From the IMG/VR virus record IMGVR_UViG_3300009506_000027, positions 1 to 62,689 of that record: a stretch of DNA of 62,689 nucleotides, one strand, 5' to 3'. The notes under the pieces are model-generated. The model made no database searches and was not told the DNA's origin. It was given only the letters and a program-made list of their open reading frames with translations. The stretch's first letter is position 1. Every line of letters starts with the position of its first letter. The position numbers and the translations under genes were made by a program. This document shows positions 1 through 8,790 of this stretch, piece by piece. The DNA comes from a virus (lineage: Duplodnaviria; Caudoviricetes).

Positions 1-917
1 TTGCCCTTCACGATATCCACCGGCCCCTTCCCGTCCCCCGCTTCCGGCTCCCGGTACACGAGCCCCACGACCGCCCCGCCAGTCTGCGGGAGCACCACCT
101 TTGATTGGTCGTAAGCACCCCCGAACCTGAAACAGCAGGTTTCCCCGTACTCACCCAGACGGAGGAACGAAGACGGAGCGCACGAGAACACCACCCGCCA
201 CCGATGCCGGAAAGACGACCAACGCTGACCCATGGCCTCGCAGAAGAGAGCCCCGGCCCGCTGGAGATTCGCCCCATCCTCCCCCACCAAACGCTTCCCC
301 AACTTCCCCAAGGCCCGGAGGAACACCCTGGACGGCTTTCCACCTTCCTCGCACCGGAACACCACAGCATCCCGCGCCCCGTCCATGACTTCAGAATAGG
401 CGAGCAAATCCTGAAACTCCCCCTTGAGCCTATCCCGCCCCAACTCCCCAGACGCCGGAATTTCTACCCGGAAATAGTCGGGCCCCGAATCCATGAACCC
501 CACATCACCCCCCGCTTCCATGGTCCTGCGCCTGAACACCTCGAAAGACGGCTGAACCTCCACGAGCCCGAAATGGTGCGCCTTGATATGCTGGGGCTGA
601 AACACCCGAACGCTTCCCACCCCTTGGACCCCCGCCGCCATGCACGAGTCCGTCCATTCCCTGGAGACATCCCCGGCAGACACCGACCCTTCAACGGCCC
701 CGACCCACGACCAACGCCAACCGCCCCCGAACAACCCACGGAGCCTTGCCGTACGGTCCCAGATGGAAGCCACCCACCCGTATAGATCCCCCCGGAACAA
801 CGCGCCACCCTTTTCCAACACAGCCTCGCACCGTGCCACTTCCTTTCCGACTTCCTCTTCCTTGGATCCCGGAGCATACACCCAGGAGGAACCGGAACAA
901 CCTTCAGTCTCACACAT
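1..917 (-). CDS. Hypothetical phage protein, >305 aa, running off the window edge (absent from the ORF track)
   Basis: Manual translation from ATG 917 gives MCETEGCSGSSWVY...VVFSCAPSSFLRLGEYGETCCFRFGGAY...DIVKG, open to position 1. GAAGGGG RBS and TGATG coupling with the upstream ORF. The 105..785 + ORF is its antisense shadow. Confidence 0.8.
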   Translation of the reverse strand, partial: MCETEGCSGSSWVYAPGSKEEEVGKEVARCEAVLEKGGALFRGDLYGWVASIWDRTARLRGLFGGGWRWSWVGAVEGSVSAGDVSREWTDSCMAAGVQGVGSVRVFQPQHIKAHHFGLVEVQPSFEVFRRRTMEAGGDVGFMDSGPDYFRVEIPASGELGRDRLKGEFQDLLAYSEVMDGARDAVVFRCEEGGKPSRVFLRALGKLGKRLVGEDGANLQRAGALFCEAMGQRWSSFRHRWRVVFSCAPSSFLRLGEYGETCCFRFGGAYDQSKVVLPQTGGAVVGLVYREPEAGDGKGPVDIVKG

Positions 918-991
918 CACTTTTCCCCTTCCATGATGAGGAACACGAGCACCACCAGGAACACGAGAAACCCCAGTCCAGCTTGAAGCAC
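917..991 (-). CDS. 24-aa hydrophobic peptide MLQAGLGFLVFLVVLVFLIMEGEK
   Basis: GTG overlaps the upstream TAG and TGA overlaps the downstream ATG; one TM-like stretch. Confidence 0.6.
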   Translation of the reverse strand: MLQAGLGFLVFLVVLVFLIMEGEK

Positions 992-1227
992 TAGACCCCC
1001 TTCCCCCTGGACGGACACCCCCGGCACCTCCCGCCGCACTTACAGACACCCGCCCGGATCCGGCCCCGAACCAATGGCCCCAGGAGATCCGGGCCCACCA
1101 AACGGGCCTGAGCCACTAGGTCTTCCTGGCACGGATCCGACCCGACCGAACCAAAAAGATCCAACTGCCCCAACGCCAACGCCCGGAGGAAGACCTCCCC
1201 ACCGTCCGAGCCTACCACCGGTTCCAC
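991..1227 (-). CDS. Hypothetical protein (78 aa, Cys-rich C-terminus)
   Basis: Fills the leftward operon and is coupled to its neighbours. Confidence 0.5.
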   Translation of the reverse strand: MEPVVGSDGGEVFLRALALGQLDLFGSVGSDPCQEDLVAQARLVGPDLLGPLVRGRIRAGVCKCGGRCRGCPSRGKGV

Positions 1228-1580
1228 CCCCGCCCCGTATCACTTCCCCCCCCCACGCCCCCGGCCCTGGACCGCCACGGAGCCCCCTTCCCGTCGATTG
1301 CCCGTCCCGTCCCTTCCCACCGTGCCACCGTGCCCACCTCAGAGAGCATGAGCCCCAAGACCTCCCCCAGCGACCACGACCCCCGGAGCCCGTACCCATT
1401 GCCGCCCCACTTGCCCTTGATGGACTGGACCGACCGGCACCGCACCGGCACCAGATACCGCAGAGCCCGCTTGACCCTCTTCCGCAGAGCCCGCCGCCGC
1501 ACACTGGCCCGCACCACGTCACCGAACGACCACAAGAACACCAGCACCAGCACCGAAACACCCAGCACCTGAACCAACAT
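1212..1580 (-). CDS. Hypothetical membrane-anchored protein
   Basis: ATG 1580 after AGGGGG; N-terminal hydrophobic segment followed by a basic stretch. Confidence 0.55.
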   Translation of the reverse strand: MLVQVLGVSVLVLVFLWSFGDVVRASVRRRALRKRVKRALRYLVPVRCRSVQSIKGKWGGNGYGLRGSWSLGEVLGLMLSEVGTVARWEGTGRAIDGKGAPWRSRAGGVGGGSDTGRGWNRW

Positions 1581-2076
1581 GGAACCCCCTAGCTGAAACG
1601 TGAAAGAACCCCGCAACCTCCCCACCCACTAGCCGGAACTTGCCCCGGCCCTCGCACGTTACAGTCTGAAGGAGCGACCCACCAAACTGTCAACTGTAAG
1701 ACTTTCGTAAACTGGGGGCGCTGAGGCGTACTCTGGATGGGACAGTCGGAAGAATCCCACATACTGACCCCCGAACCCATAGCACCCCCGAAATATCCAG
1801 AATCCAGAAAAATGGAATGGACCGGATCGACCCCCACTTGCAAAATGCCACACTAGCCAAACCCGCAGACCCGGCACCGGACCGGGCCCCTGGGGTTTCT
1901 GGGGTCCTGGAGGCGGAACGGGTACCCCCTCACATATTTGGCGCAGTTGTTATAGCGGCCTCGAAAAAAGGGGGTGGCTCATTTCAGCCATTTTTAGGCT
2001 CGCCTAAATCTACCGTGCAAATTCATGCACGGTTTATGTCATAAAGGGCTTTCTTTTTTCAGGTGCCGCGACAGCC

Positions 2077-2105
2077 TTGACAGCCCTTGTAACCTGTTGT
2101 AGTAT
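2077..2105 (+). promoter_or_regulatory. Sigma70-type promoter for the rightward accessory array
   Basis: TTGACA-17 bp-TAGTAT in the divergent intergenic region. Confidence 0.65.
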
Positions 2106-2280
2106 GCCATTACTTAGTCTCCGTGCGAGACTGAGCCCCTAGCGAAAGGCGAGGCCCAGGAATCCCTATCCTCGTGGAAAGCCCAAGCAGCAGAGTCTAG
2201 CTCTGAAGTACAAGAGGGCGGGTGAACTGGGCCGGACCTTTATACGACGCGGAAAGAACCGAAAGGAGCGGAAAGAACCC

Positions 2281-2526
2281 ATGGCGTATTCCTACCTATC
2301 GCAGTTCCCCTATATCGTCATCGAAGACTGTCAGGATCCGGATAATCCCGTCCTCTGTTCCGACTTGGCCGAAGTAGCCAAGGCTGCGGAGGGTATCCTT
2401 CGTGCCCACCGTAACAGCGCAGTTCTCTGTTTCCGAATCACCCCTACGAACCGATTCACGGCTCGCACCTCGTTTGAGGTGGTCGAGGAAGTGATCGAAC
2501 CCAACGCAGACGCGGAAAGGAAGTAA
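2281..2526 (+). CDS. Hypothetical protein
   Basis: ORF with upstream AAGGAG; first gene of a tightly packed array. Confidence 0.7.
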   Translation: MAYSYLSQFPYIVIEDCQDPDNPVLCSDLAEVAKAAEGILRAHRNSAVLCFRITPTNRFTARTSFEVVEEVIEPNADAERK

Positions 2527-2529
2527 CGT

Positions 2530-2796
2530 ATGGCAAAGATGACTCGCTTCAGTATCCTCAGCATCCCCACCGACAAGATCACCGAGTTCTACAAGTACAT
2601 GGCGATGCTGGTCAAGACTCCGGGTGTCATGGTCCTGGAGTTTGAGCACAGGGAGGAGTGTCCGCTGGGCGATGGTTGCAGCGACCTCGACCTCTGTACC
2701 TGTGGTGAGATCCCGCAGTGCAACATCTACGCGAAGGATGGTTCCGAGTTTGAGGTGGAGGACGCCTTCCTGGAGTTCATAAAATCGGAGGGCTAA
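2530..2796 (+). CDS. Hypothetical protein (Cys cluster)
   Basis: ORF, RBS, tight spacing. Confidence 0.7.
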   Translation: MAKMTRFSILSIPTDKITEFYKYMAMLVKTPGVMVLEFEHREECPLGDGCSDLDLCTCGEIPQCNIYAKDGSEFEVEDAFLEFIKSEG

Positions 2797-2799
2797 GCC

Positions 2800-3006
2800 A
2801 TGAAATCCGTGGAGTTTTCATTCTCAGCCGACTACGGCGTCGGCATCACTCGTTTCCCGAACCGGAAGCGGTGGTGTCTGTTCGTGAGGGACGGCGCAAA
2901 ACACTTTCCGCTGGCCTATTTCCTCACCGAAACGGATGCGGAAATGGCCGTAGCGGCGCTCGACCAACTGGCCCGAGCAGCCCGGGGGGACCATGGGACC
3001 GATTAA
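2800..3006 (+). CDS. Hypothetical protein
   Basis: GGAGG RBS, tight spacing. Confidence 0.7.
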   Translation: MKSVEFSFSADYGVGITRFPNRKRWCLFVRDGAKHFPLAYFLTETDAEMAVAALDQLARAARGDHGTD

Positions 3007-3253
3007 CTGGCCGTGGCTCTGTTTCGGGCTCGTGTGTGGGGCCTCCCTGGGCCTGTTCATGTTGGCGCTCTCGCTGTTGGGGAGGGGTTCACCTGGGCGC
3101 ATAGTCGTGGCCTGGCGAGTCCTGTACCGCTGGGAAGGGAAGCAGGATTGGCTGGTCACGAAGTACGACGGCTTCTTCAAGGAACGGGTGCCGGGAGTGA
3201 GGGTGGTGCAGCCCCTCTACCTGAGCCCCGAGGAGGAGTGGCGGTATGAGTGA
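2993..3253 (+). CDS. Hypothetical membrane protein
   Basis: N-terminal TM segment; overlaps both neighbours. Confidence 0.65.
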   Translation: MGPINWPWLCFGLVCGASLGLFMLALSLLGRGSPGRIVVAWRVLYRWEGKQDWLVTKYDGFFKERVPGVRVVQPLYLSPEEEWRYE

Positions 3254-3761
3254 GCTTCAGATTGAGAAGGTGGAGTGGCTGCTTCAGCCGAACGGTATGG
3301 CCGGGAGCGTGGAGGTAGACCACCATGGCGATCCAGAGTACCAGCACTTCATCGCCCAGGTGGGGCCGTTTGAGGAGGGCGCGAACGTGGTGATCCTGAG
3401 CCCAGAACAGGCCACTGAACTCCTCGACCTGCTGAGGTCCGATGGGGAGCCGTTGAACACCCTCGCCGCCGAAATCAACGAGATCAACGTTGGGAACGGC
3501 TGGAAGGTGGCTACGCCTGAATCATGGGACGATGAAAGGCATATCCCCACCCTCCTCTGTCTGATTCATTCGGAGGTTAGTGAGGCCCTGGAGGGGTTTC
3601 GCCACGGCGACCGCGAGAATGTAGCCGAGGAATTGGCCGATACGCTCATCCGGGTTCTCGACCTTGCCGGTGGCCTGGGCATCGACATGGACGGCGAAGT
3701 CACTTCAAAGCTCGCCAAGAATCGAGAAAGGGGGTTCCGTCATGGAGGAAAAGCGATCTAA
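3246..3761 (+). CDS. MazG-like NTP pyrophosphohydrolase domain protein
   Basis: ExxE...EExD motifs (LIHSEVSEALE...EELADTLIRVLD) and C-terminal KLAKNRERGFRHGGK. Confidence 0.8.
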   Translation: MSELQIEKVEWLLQPNGMAGSVEVDHHGDPEYQHFIAQVGPFEEGANVVILSPEQATELLDLLRSDGEPLNTLAAEINEINVGNGWKVATPESWDDERHIPTLLCLIHSEVSEALEGFRHGDRENVAEELADTLIRVLDLAGGLGIDMDGEVTSKLAKNRERGFRHGGKAI

Positions 3762-4281
3762 GGCTCAGCCCGAGGGGGAGCCGGTGGCGGAACGTCCCAT
3801 TGGCTACATCACGCCCTTGGATATGGCGCGGGTTTCGTCCATGGAGCCGAGCGTACCTTCCGTGAACATCTGGGCTGAACCCGATGATGGCGACCTCCCC
3901 CTCTACCTCCATCCCAAGCCGAGCCGGGAGCAAGGGGAGATGTGTGGGCCGCATGGAGTGTGTGAGTTCGCTGTTGTGGGTGCCGCGAACCACCCGCAAG
4001 CGTCTTTGGGCGATCTGGCACTCGACCGGGATGATGCACCCAAGGGTTCGGTAGTTGAGTATCAGATCAAATGTCAGGTCTGCCACCGAGACGGATTTCT
4101 TTTGCTCAATCAAGCACCACCGAGCCGGGAGCGGGAGGCGGCCCTAAGCATTGTCGCCCAAGCGATCATGGCGGCTTACACGAGTCACCACTTGCCCGAC
4201 GAGTTCAAGTCACTCGGAAAACGCGCCAGCGAAGCACTAGCCATCCTCGCCGGGAAGGAGGCCGACGATGGCAAAGAATGA
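3742..4281 (+). CDS. Hypothetical mosaic protein
   Basis: Probable ATG at 3742; PLYLHP motif and a CxxC. Confidence 0.65.
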   Translation: MEEKRSKAQPEGEPVAERPIGYITPLDMARVSSMEPSVPSVNIWAEPDDGDLPLYLHPKPSREQGEMCGPHGVCEFAVVGAANHPQASLGDLALDRDDAPKGSVVEYQIKCQVCHRDGFLLLNQAPPSREREAALSIVAQAIMAAYTSHHLPDEFKSLGKRASEALAILAGKEADDGKE

Positions 4282-4522
4282 TGGAGGACCGGCGTTTCCG
4301 TGCGGAGAATACACGGAGGGGCACCGTGAAGACAGCACCCCGATCAAACAGCCTAGGCACCACGGCATGACCCTGCGCCAGTGGTATGCGGGGTTGGCGA
4401 TGCAGGGGATGTTGGCAAATCCCACACTGTCAAAGAATTTTCTACTAGATGAACTGGCGCAGGATGCACTTGACATGGCCAACGCCATGCTGAAAGAGGA
4501 GGCCGACGATGGCGAAGTATGA
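4268..4522 (+). CDS. Conserved small phage protein (GGPAFP...GMTLRxxYAGxAMQG type)
   Basis: Recognisable motif that is widespread in phage early regions. Confidence 0.8.
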   Translation: MAKNDGGPAFPCGEYTEGHREDSTPIKQPRHHGMTLRQWYAGLAMQGMLANPTLSKNFLLDELAQDALDMANAMLKEEADDGEV

Positions 4523-4853
4523 GTTTACGCCCGAAATGGGTGAGATCAGCGGGTTCGGGGGCGGCTACGAAGAGTGCTGTCGAAACATGGTGAAAGCCGG
4601 AATGGAATGGCTGGACGCACACCCGGAGGCCGATCCAAGGTTTCACGGCTTCAAAGGAATCTACGGGGTCATCGACGAAGACAACGATGACGCCAGGGGT
4701 CTGACGGAGGCCGTGATTGCTGGTGCCAATGGGGACGCTACGGGAGCCATGCACCAAGCCACAATCTCTCATTGCCTGTTCATCAGGAAGAACAGGTGGG
4801 AGAAGTATGTCGAAGAAATGAGCAAGCCGGAGGCCGACGATGAACAGCCGTGA
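4509..4853 (+). CDS. Hypothetical protein
   Basis: GGAGG RBS, coupled ORF. Confidence 0.75.
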   Translation: MAKYEFTPEMGEISGFGGGYEECCRNMVKAGMEWLDAHPEADPRFHGFKGIYGVIDEDNDDARGLTEAVIAGANGDATGAMHQATISHCLFIRKNRWEKYVEEMSKPEADDEQP

Positions 4854-5091
4854 GGTTTTGGAACGGATGGCGAAGGCTGGAACGGAAGCTATGCCTGGGT
4901 CCATGGAAGGGGATTGGGACATCTTGACGGAATCCTATCGAACCCATTCCCGCGCCTTCATCCAAGCCGCCCTCGCTGAGTTGGTGGAGATCACCGGAGC
5001 CGTTGATGAAGATGGGTTCCTGACACCGGACGTAGCCGAGGACCTTGGCTATCTCATCATCAAGATGGTGGAGTTGAAAGATGGACAGTGA
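4840..5091 (+). CDS. Hypothetical protein
   Basis: GGAGG RBS, coupled ORF. Confidence 0.7.
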   Translation: MNSREVLERMAKAGTEAMPGSMEGDWDILTESYRTHSRAFIQAALAELVEITGAVDEDGFLTPDVAEDLGYLIIKMVELKDGQ

Positions 5092-5407
5092 CCCGAAGCG
5101 GGTGGTGATTCATGGGCGCGTTCGGACAAAGGACGTGAAGCCCTATGAACACGGTGGGTATCGGCCACCGCATCCGATAGTTGTTCACCCACCGGAAGGC
5201 CGTGGCGGGTCCGTCCCGGTGTCCATCCTCCAGCACCACGAGAACGGCGTGGGTCCGGTGGAGAAGTGGATGGTGGAGTTTGCCAAGGGCACATTACTCC
5301 ATCAGCCAGAAGAACTCGCCCACATAGATCCCGGTGGGTGGCGTATCGTAGCCGCTGGTAAGATCGCCGCCGCCCTGCAAAAGATCCTAGGAGCCGATCA
5401 TGAGTGA
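5081..5407 (+). CDS. Hypothetical protein
   Basis: Coupled ORF with RBS. Confidence 0.65.
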   Translation: MDSDPKRVVIHGRVRTKDVKPYEHGGYRPPHPIVVHPPEGRGGSVPVSILQHHENGVGPVEKWMVEFAKGTLLHQPEELAHIDPGGWRIVAAGKIAAALQKILGADHE

Positions 5408-5681
5408 CCCCATCGAAGAGATCCGGAAGCGGGTGACGAAGGAAAACACCATTCGGCTCGTTTACGGCCCCCAAGGGAGAAAAGATGTCACCGCCCTCTT
5501 GGCCGAGATCGACAGGCTGCGGGAAGTGGTAGTCAACCTATGGAAACAGGCCGACCCACCGAAGGATTGGGCCTGTCCAAGATGTCGGCCAGAAAGCGAT
5601 ATGCTGGTCGAGGGGTTCGTTTGTGCATACCACAAAGCGGAAGACATCGCCACCGAAGCCCTGAAGGGAGGTTCGGAATGA
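5400..5681 (+). CDS. Hypothetical protein with Ead/Ea22-like ALLAEIDRLR segment
   Basis: ALLAEIDRLR motif and CPRC. Confidence 0.65.
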   Translation: MSDPIEEIRKRVTKENTIRLVYGPQGRKDVTALLAEIDRLREVVVNLWKQADPPKDWACPRCRPESDMLVEGFVCAYHKAEDIATEALKGGSE

Positions 5682-5989
5682 GTTGTTCTGTCTGCGGTCG
5701 CGGAAACTGCATTGCTTCTTTTCATTCAACCGCAGAGCAAGAAAGGGTGGAGAAATTACGAGAAAGCGACCCGACCAATCTCTATCTGCCCGAAGAGGTT
5801 GGGCGGTTGGAAGATGAGCTCGACAGGCTGCGGGGGGCGCTGAACATGACCGCCGACGCTCTTAGGCGAGCACGCTTAGAAATGACAAACGACTATTACA
5901 ACAAGCCCCGAAGAGGGATGGAGGAATCCTGCGCTTTGGTTGACAACGCCATTGACATCGCCACCGAAGCCCTGAAGGGAGGTGGATGA
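5678..5989 (+). CDS. Hypothetical protein (C-terminus shared with the upstream gene)
   Basis: ATGA overlap at 5678; ends DIATEALKGG like the previous gene. Confidence 0.7.
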   Translation: MSCSVCGRGNCIASFHSTAEQERVEKLRESDPTNLYLPEEVGRLEDELDRLRGALNMTADALRRARLEMTNDYYNKPRRGMEESCALVDNAIDIATEALKGGG

Positions 5990-6909
5990 TGGACGAGCCG
6001 GTGGACCCTATTGAGTTCTGGAGATCGGCGGCACACGCTCACCGGCTGAAGGCGTGGGAAATGGATGTTCGCCTTCAAGCCTTGGAGGAGCGGGTGGGTT
6101 GGATTACCCAAATCATCAAAGACAACGGTTATATCGAAACTGCCCAAGCACGTTCACTGAAAGGAGATGAGGCCGATGCCGGGGTTGGAGCCGACGTGGA
6201 ATCCAGAAACCACGACGTAGCGGAGCCCCGGAGTGTTGAGGAATGCAACTGCTTTGATGTGTTGGGGCATAGGCTGACCGAAAGTATTGGGTATGCCTAT
6301 TTCCCACCCTGCCCCATCCACGGCACTCCGGGGCCATCCGATTCTCAACCCGACAATACTATTGTTGGCGATACAATAGATCAGCCGATAAGCGGCTTAA
6401 CACCCGATAGATCAGACGATACCCAAGATGGGTTGGATCGTACCCAAAGCTGGCTTGAGCAAGCCTACAGGCGCGGTAGGGCCCGCTGCGAGTATTCTGA
6501 TGAAAAGGGTTCCGCCCACCGCTTCGATTACAGGCCGACACCAGAGCAGGCGGCTCATACGCACGGCATGGCGGCTGCTTCGGAGCTTCTGGTGGCGCGA
6601 ACCCTTGGCAGAGAATGGCTGGCATCCGGACTGGACGCCGACGACGGCGTTGACGTCGCCGGAAGCGTGAGCGTGAGGTGGACGCCCCTCCCGAAGGGCT
6701 CTCTGATTCTCCATCCGGGAGACATGGCGCGATACTCGGTCCTGGTGACGGGGAATCGGCTGGATAAATTGGAGATCGTGGGGTACATCGTGACCTCCAG
6801 GGGCCAGGTTTCGGACTATTGGCGGGACGATGTGCGGCACGCGGCCTTTTTCGTGCCCCAGGAGGCACTTTCACCCATCGAAAACCTGATGGAGGGAGGA
6901 TGTGGCTGA
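5986..6909 (+). CDS. Hypothetical protein; C-terminal domain possibly of restriction-endonuclease-like fold
   Basis: 307-aa ORF. The C-terminal GMAAASE...GVDVAG...FFVPQEAL pattern resembles a common phage family (from memory). Confidence 0.55.
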   Translation: MMDEPVDPIEFWRSAAHAHRLKAWEMDVRLQALEERVGWITQIIKDNGYIETAQARSLKGDEADAGVGADVESRNHDVAEPRSVEECNCFDVLGHRLTESIGYAYFPPCPIHGTPGPSDSQPDNTIVGDTIDQPISGLTPDRSDDTQDGLDRTQSWLEQAYRRGRARCEYSDEKGSAHRFDYRPTPEQAAHTHGMAAASELLVARTLGREWLASGLDADDGVDVAGSVSVRWTPLPKGSLILHPGDMARYSVLVTGNRLDKLEIVGYIVTSRGQVSDYWRDDVRHAAFFVPQEALSPIENLMEGGCG

Positions 6910-7325
6910 TGTTTGCGCTGCTGGCGATGGTTCTGTTCCTTAATCTTCAATCTCAGATGAAGATTCACTCATTCACCACAGAAGGCTCTGGCGTCAAGTC
7001 GGAACAGGTGAGCTATGACGGCCACAATTTCGTCACAGAGCGAAGGGCTTACCTGGATCTGGTGGTCAATGCGACCGCTGACGCCGTGATTGTGACCATT
7101 ACGGACGATCTGGGGGGATTCCCGGAGGCTGATGATCCTCTGGAGTATTTCGGATGGACGGATGAGGGCGGTTTCGCACCCTTCACCTTCCTGATTGACA
7201 CTGACGGGTCCAGGATCCCGGATGAGGCGAGTGAGTGGACCGTTCACTTCATGCTCACACCATTTTCCGACGTCGAGGGACGCGGTGAGTCGGTGATGGG
7301 CAAGTACACCTTTCACCTGGAGTAA
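6900..7325 (+). CDS. Putative exported or membrane-anchored protein
   Basis: ATG 6900 after GGAGG; hydrophobic N-terminus. Confidence 0.65.
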   Translation: MWLMFALLAMVLFLNLQSQMKIHSFTTEGSGVKSEQVSYDGHNFVTERRAYLDLVVNATADAVIVTITDDLGGFPEADDPLEYFGWTDEGGFAPFTFLIDTDGSRIPDEASEWTVHFMLTPFSDVEGRGESVMGKYTFHLE

Positions 7326-7327
7326 CG

Positions 7328-7783
7328 ATGGCAAGCTATGTGAACGAAGTGCGCCTCCTCGGCTACGCAGGCATCGACCCAGAGGTCCATGTCTTCGATG
7401 GGGGTGGTCAGGTCACGAACATCAACCTGGCGACGACTCGCTACTACCGGAAGGGCGGGTCAGAGGACTGGAATGAGGAAACGACCTGGCATCGGCTCGT
7501 TTTCTATGGAAAATCGGCTGAACAGGCTGCGGAATGGTTCCACAAGGGCTCTCGCATCTACGTGGAGGGCTACATTCGCACCCGCAAGGTCGAGGAAAAG
7601 TATTTTACGGACGTCGTCGTGGATCGCTTCATCAACCTCGACCCCAGGGAAGACAGTGACAGCCATCAGGGCTCCAGTAGGAGCTATTCTCAACCCAAGA
7701 AGACTACGCCGTCCGACCTGAGGGGTGAAACGACCGATCCCCTGGGTCCGCTGGACGACGTAGACGACGATCTTCCATTCTAA
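7328..7783 (+). CDS. ssb: Single-stranded DNA-binding protein
   Basis: VNEVRLLG, LAT, TWHRLV, KGSRIYVEGYI motifs and acidic tail DDDLPF. Confidence 0.95.
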   Translation: MASYVNEVRLLGYAGIDPEVHVFDGGGQVTNINLATTRYYRKGGSEDWNEETTWHRLVFYGKSAEQAAEWFHKGSRIYVEGYIRTRKVEEKYFTDVVVDRFINLDPREDSDSHQGSSRSYSQPKKTTPSDLRGETTDPLGPLDDVDDDLPF

Positions 7784-7798
7784 CAGGAGGCACTGACA

Positions 7799-7870
7799 AT
7801 GACTTCGGTTCTGACTCTCTCGCTGGCCTGGGTGGTGTCCTGCCTGTGGCCTCGCATCTTCCTTCCGTAG
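7799..7870 (+). CDS. 23-aa hydrophobic peptide
   Basis: AGGAGG RBS; MTSVLTLSLAWVVSCLWPRIFLP. Confidence 0.5.
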   Translation: MTSVLTLSLAWVVSCLWPRIFLP

Positions 7871-7878
7871 GGGGTGAC

Positions 7879-7998
7879 ATGAGCATGATCCTCTTCGGTC
7901 ATTTCTTCGCGTTCAACCTGATCTGGATTCCGACATTCTTCGTCACCTGTATTGGGCTGAACCCTTTCGTGAACAAGATCATCACCTTCGTACCGTGA
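7879..7998 (+). CDS. 39-aa hydrophobic peptide
   Basis: GGGGTG RBS; GTGA overlap with the next gene; Phe/Ile-rich. Confidence 0.55.
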   Translation: MSMILFGHFFAFNLIWIPTFFVTCIGLNPFVNKIITFVP

Positions 7999-8411
7999 TC
8001 GTCTGTATCGCGGGTTCTCGGGGGATCAACGACTACGACGCCCTCGTGAAGGCGATTGACGGGGCTCGTTTCCGAATCAACCTCATCCTCACCGGGGGTG
8101 CGAAGGGCGTAGACCAGTTGGCTACCCGGTATGCGAGACATACCCGGACCCAGTACGCCGTCTTCCCCCCGATGTGGGATGAGTTGGGCAAGAAGGCTGG
8201 TTTCGTCCGCTCCGACCACATGATCCAGGTCGCGGACGGCCTGATCGCCCTCTGGGACGGTCATTCCCGTGGCACACTCGGGACGATCCGTTTCGCGGTC
8301 AAGCGGAACTGTCATATCTTCGTAGCAGACGAACACGGAGACATGATGTGGCGGCGATCGGATGACGGAACCGAGGAAGAGAACCGGCCTGTGCCGTGGG
8401 TGCTGGGATGA
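7995..8411 (+). CDS. SLOG-superfamily (YspA/DUF2493-like) nucleotide-binding protein
   Basis: IAGSR...GGAKGVD...AGFVR...LIALWDGHSRGT motifs. Confidence 0.85.
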   Translation: MIVCIAGSRGINDYDALVKAIDGARFRINLILTGGAKGVDQLATRYARHTRTQYAVFPPMWDELGKKAGFVRSDHMIQVADGLIALWDGHSRGTLGTIRFAVKRNCHIFVADEHGDMMWRRSDDGTEEENRPVPWVLG

Positions 8412-8619
8412 CTTCGCAAGGGAAGGTCCTGGATGCCGTCGTTATGCTCGCTCACGGGCAGTACGAAGGTACCTGCTCGCATGGGAGGCTGACCCGAACC
8501 TGGAAGCCTCCTACGAGCAGGTGGACGTGTTGGACTGCTGGGCTGCTCCTGGGAGGGTTGGTGTCTTTCACGATCTTCCGTTTTTCGTCAAACCTCAACC
8601 GAAAGAATTTGAAAAATGA
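8362..8619 (+). CDS. Hypothetical protein
   Basis: ORF with CxxC; ATGA overlap downstream. Confidence 0.55.
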   Translation: MTEPRKRTGLCRGCWDDFAREGPGCRRYARSRAVRRYLLAWEADPNLEASYEQVDVLDCWAAPGRVGVFHDLPFFVKPQPKEFEK

Positions 8620-8652
8620 CCCCTTTTCAGCCGATTTGTTATAGCGATAAAA

Positions 8653-8790
8653 AAGGTACAGCGCGAAGGTACGGCAACGCGGGTCAGCAAGTTCTTTCGC
8701 CACAACGACTTACAGCGCAGTTGCCTTTTGAAAGGTACAGCGTCGAGGGACACAATATAATAAGAATATATAAAAGCCAAGAAAAGAGTG
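8653..8790. repeat. Iteron-like AAGGTACAGCG repeats plus AT-rich tract (candidate replication origin)
   Basis: Copies at 8653-8663 and 8732-8742, a variant at 8666-8676, a partial at 8711-8717, then AATATAATAAGAATATATAAAA. Confidence 0.55.

Noticed and set aside
105-785. 226-aa + strand ORF and other Pro-rich ORFs at 1074-1592
   Set aside because: Antisense shadows of the leftward genes; no RBS and atypical composition.
2130-2210. Hammerhead ribozyme (CTGA...GAAA)
   Set aside because: No CUGANGA core with the three required stems could be built.
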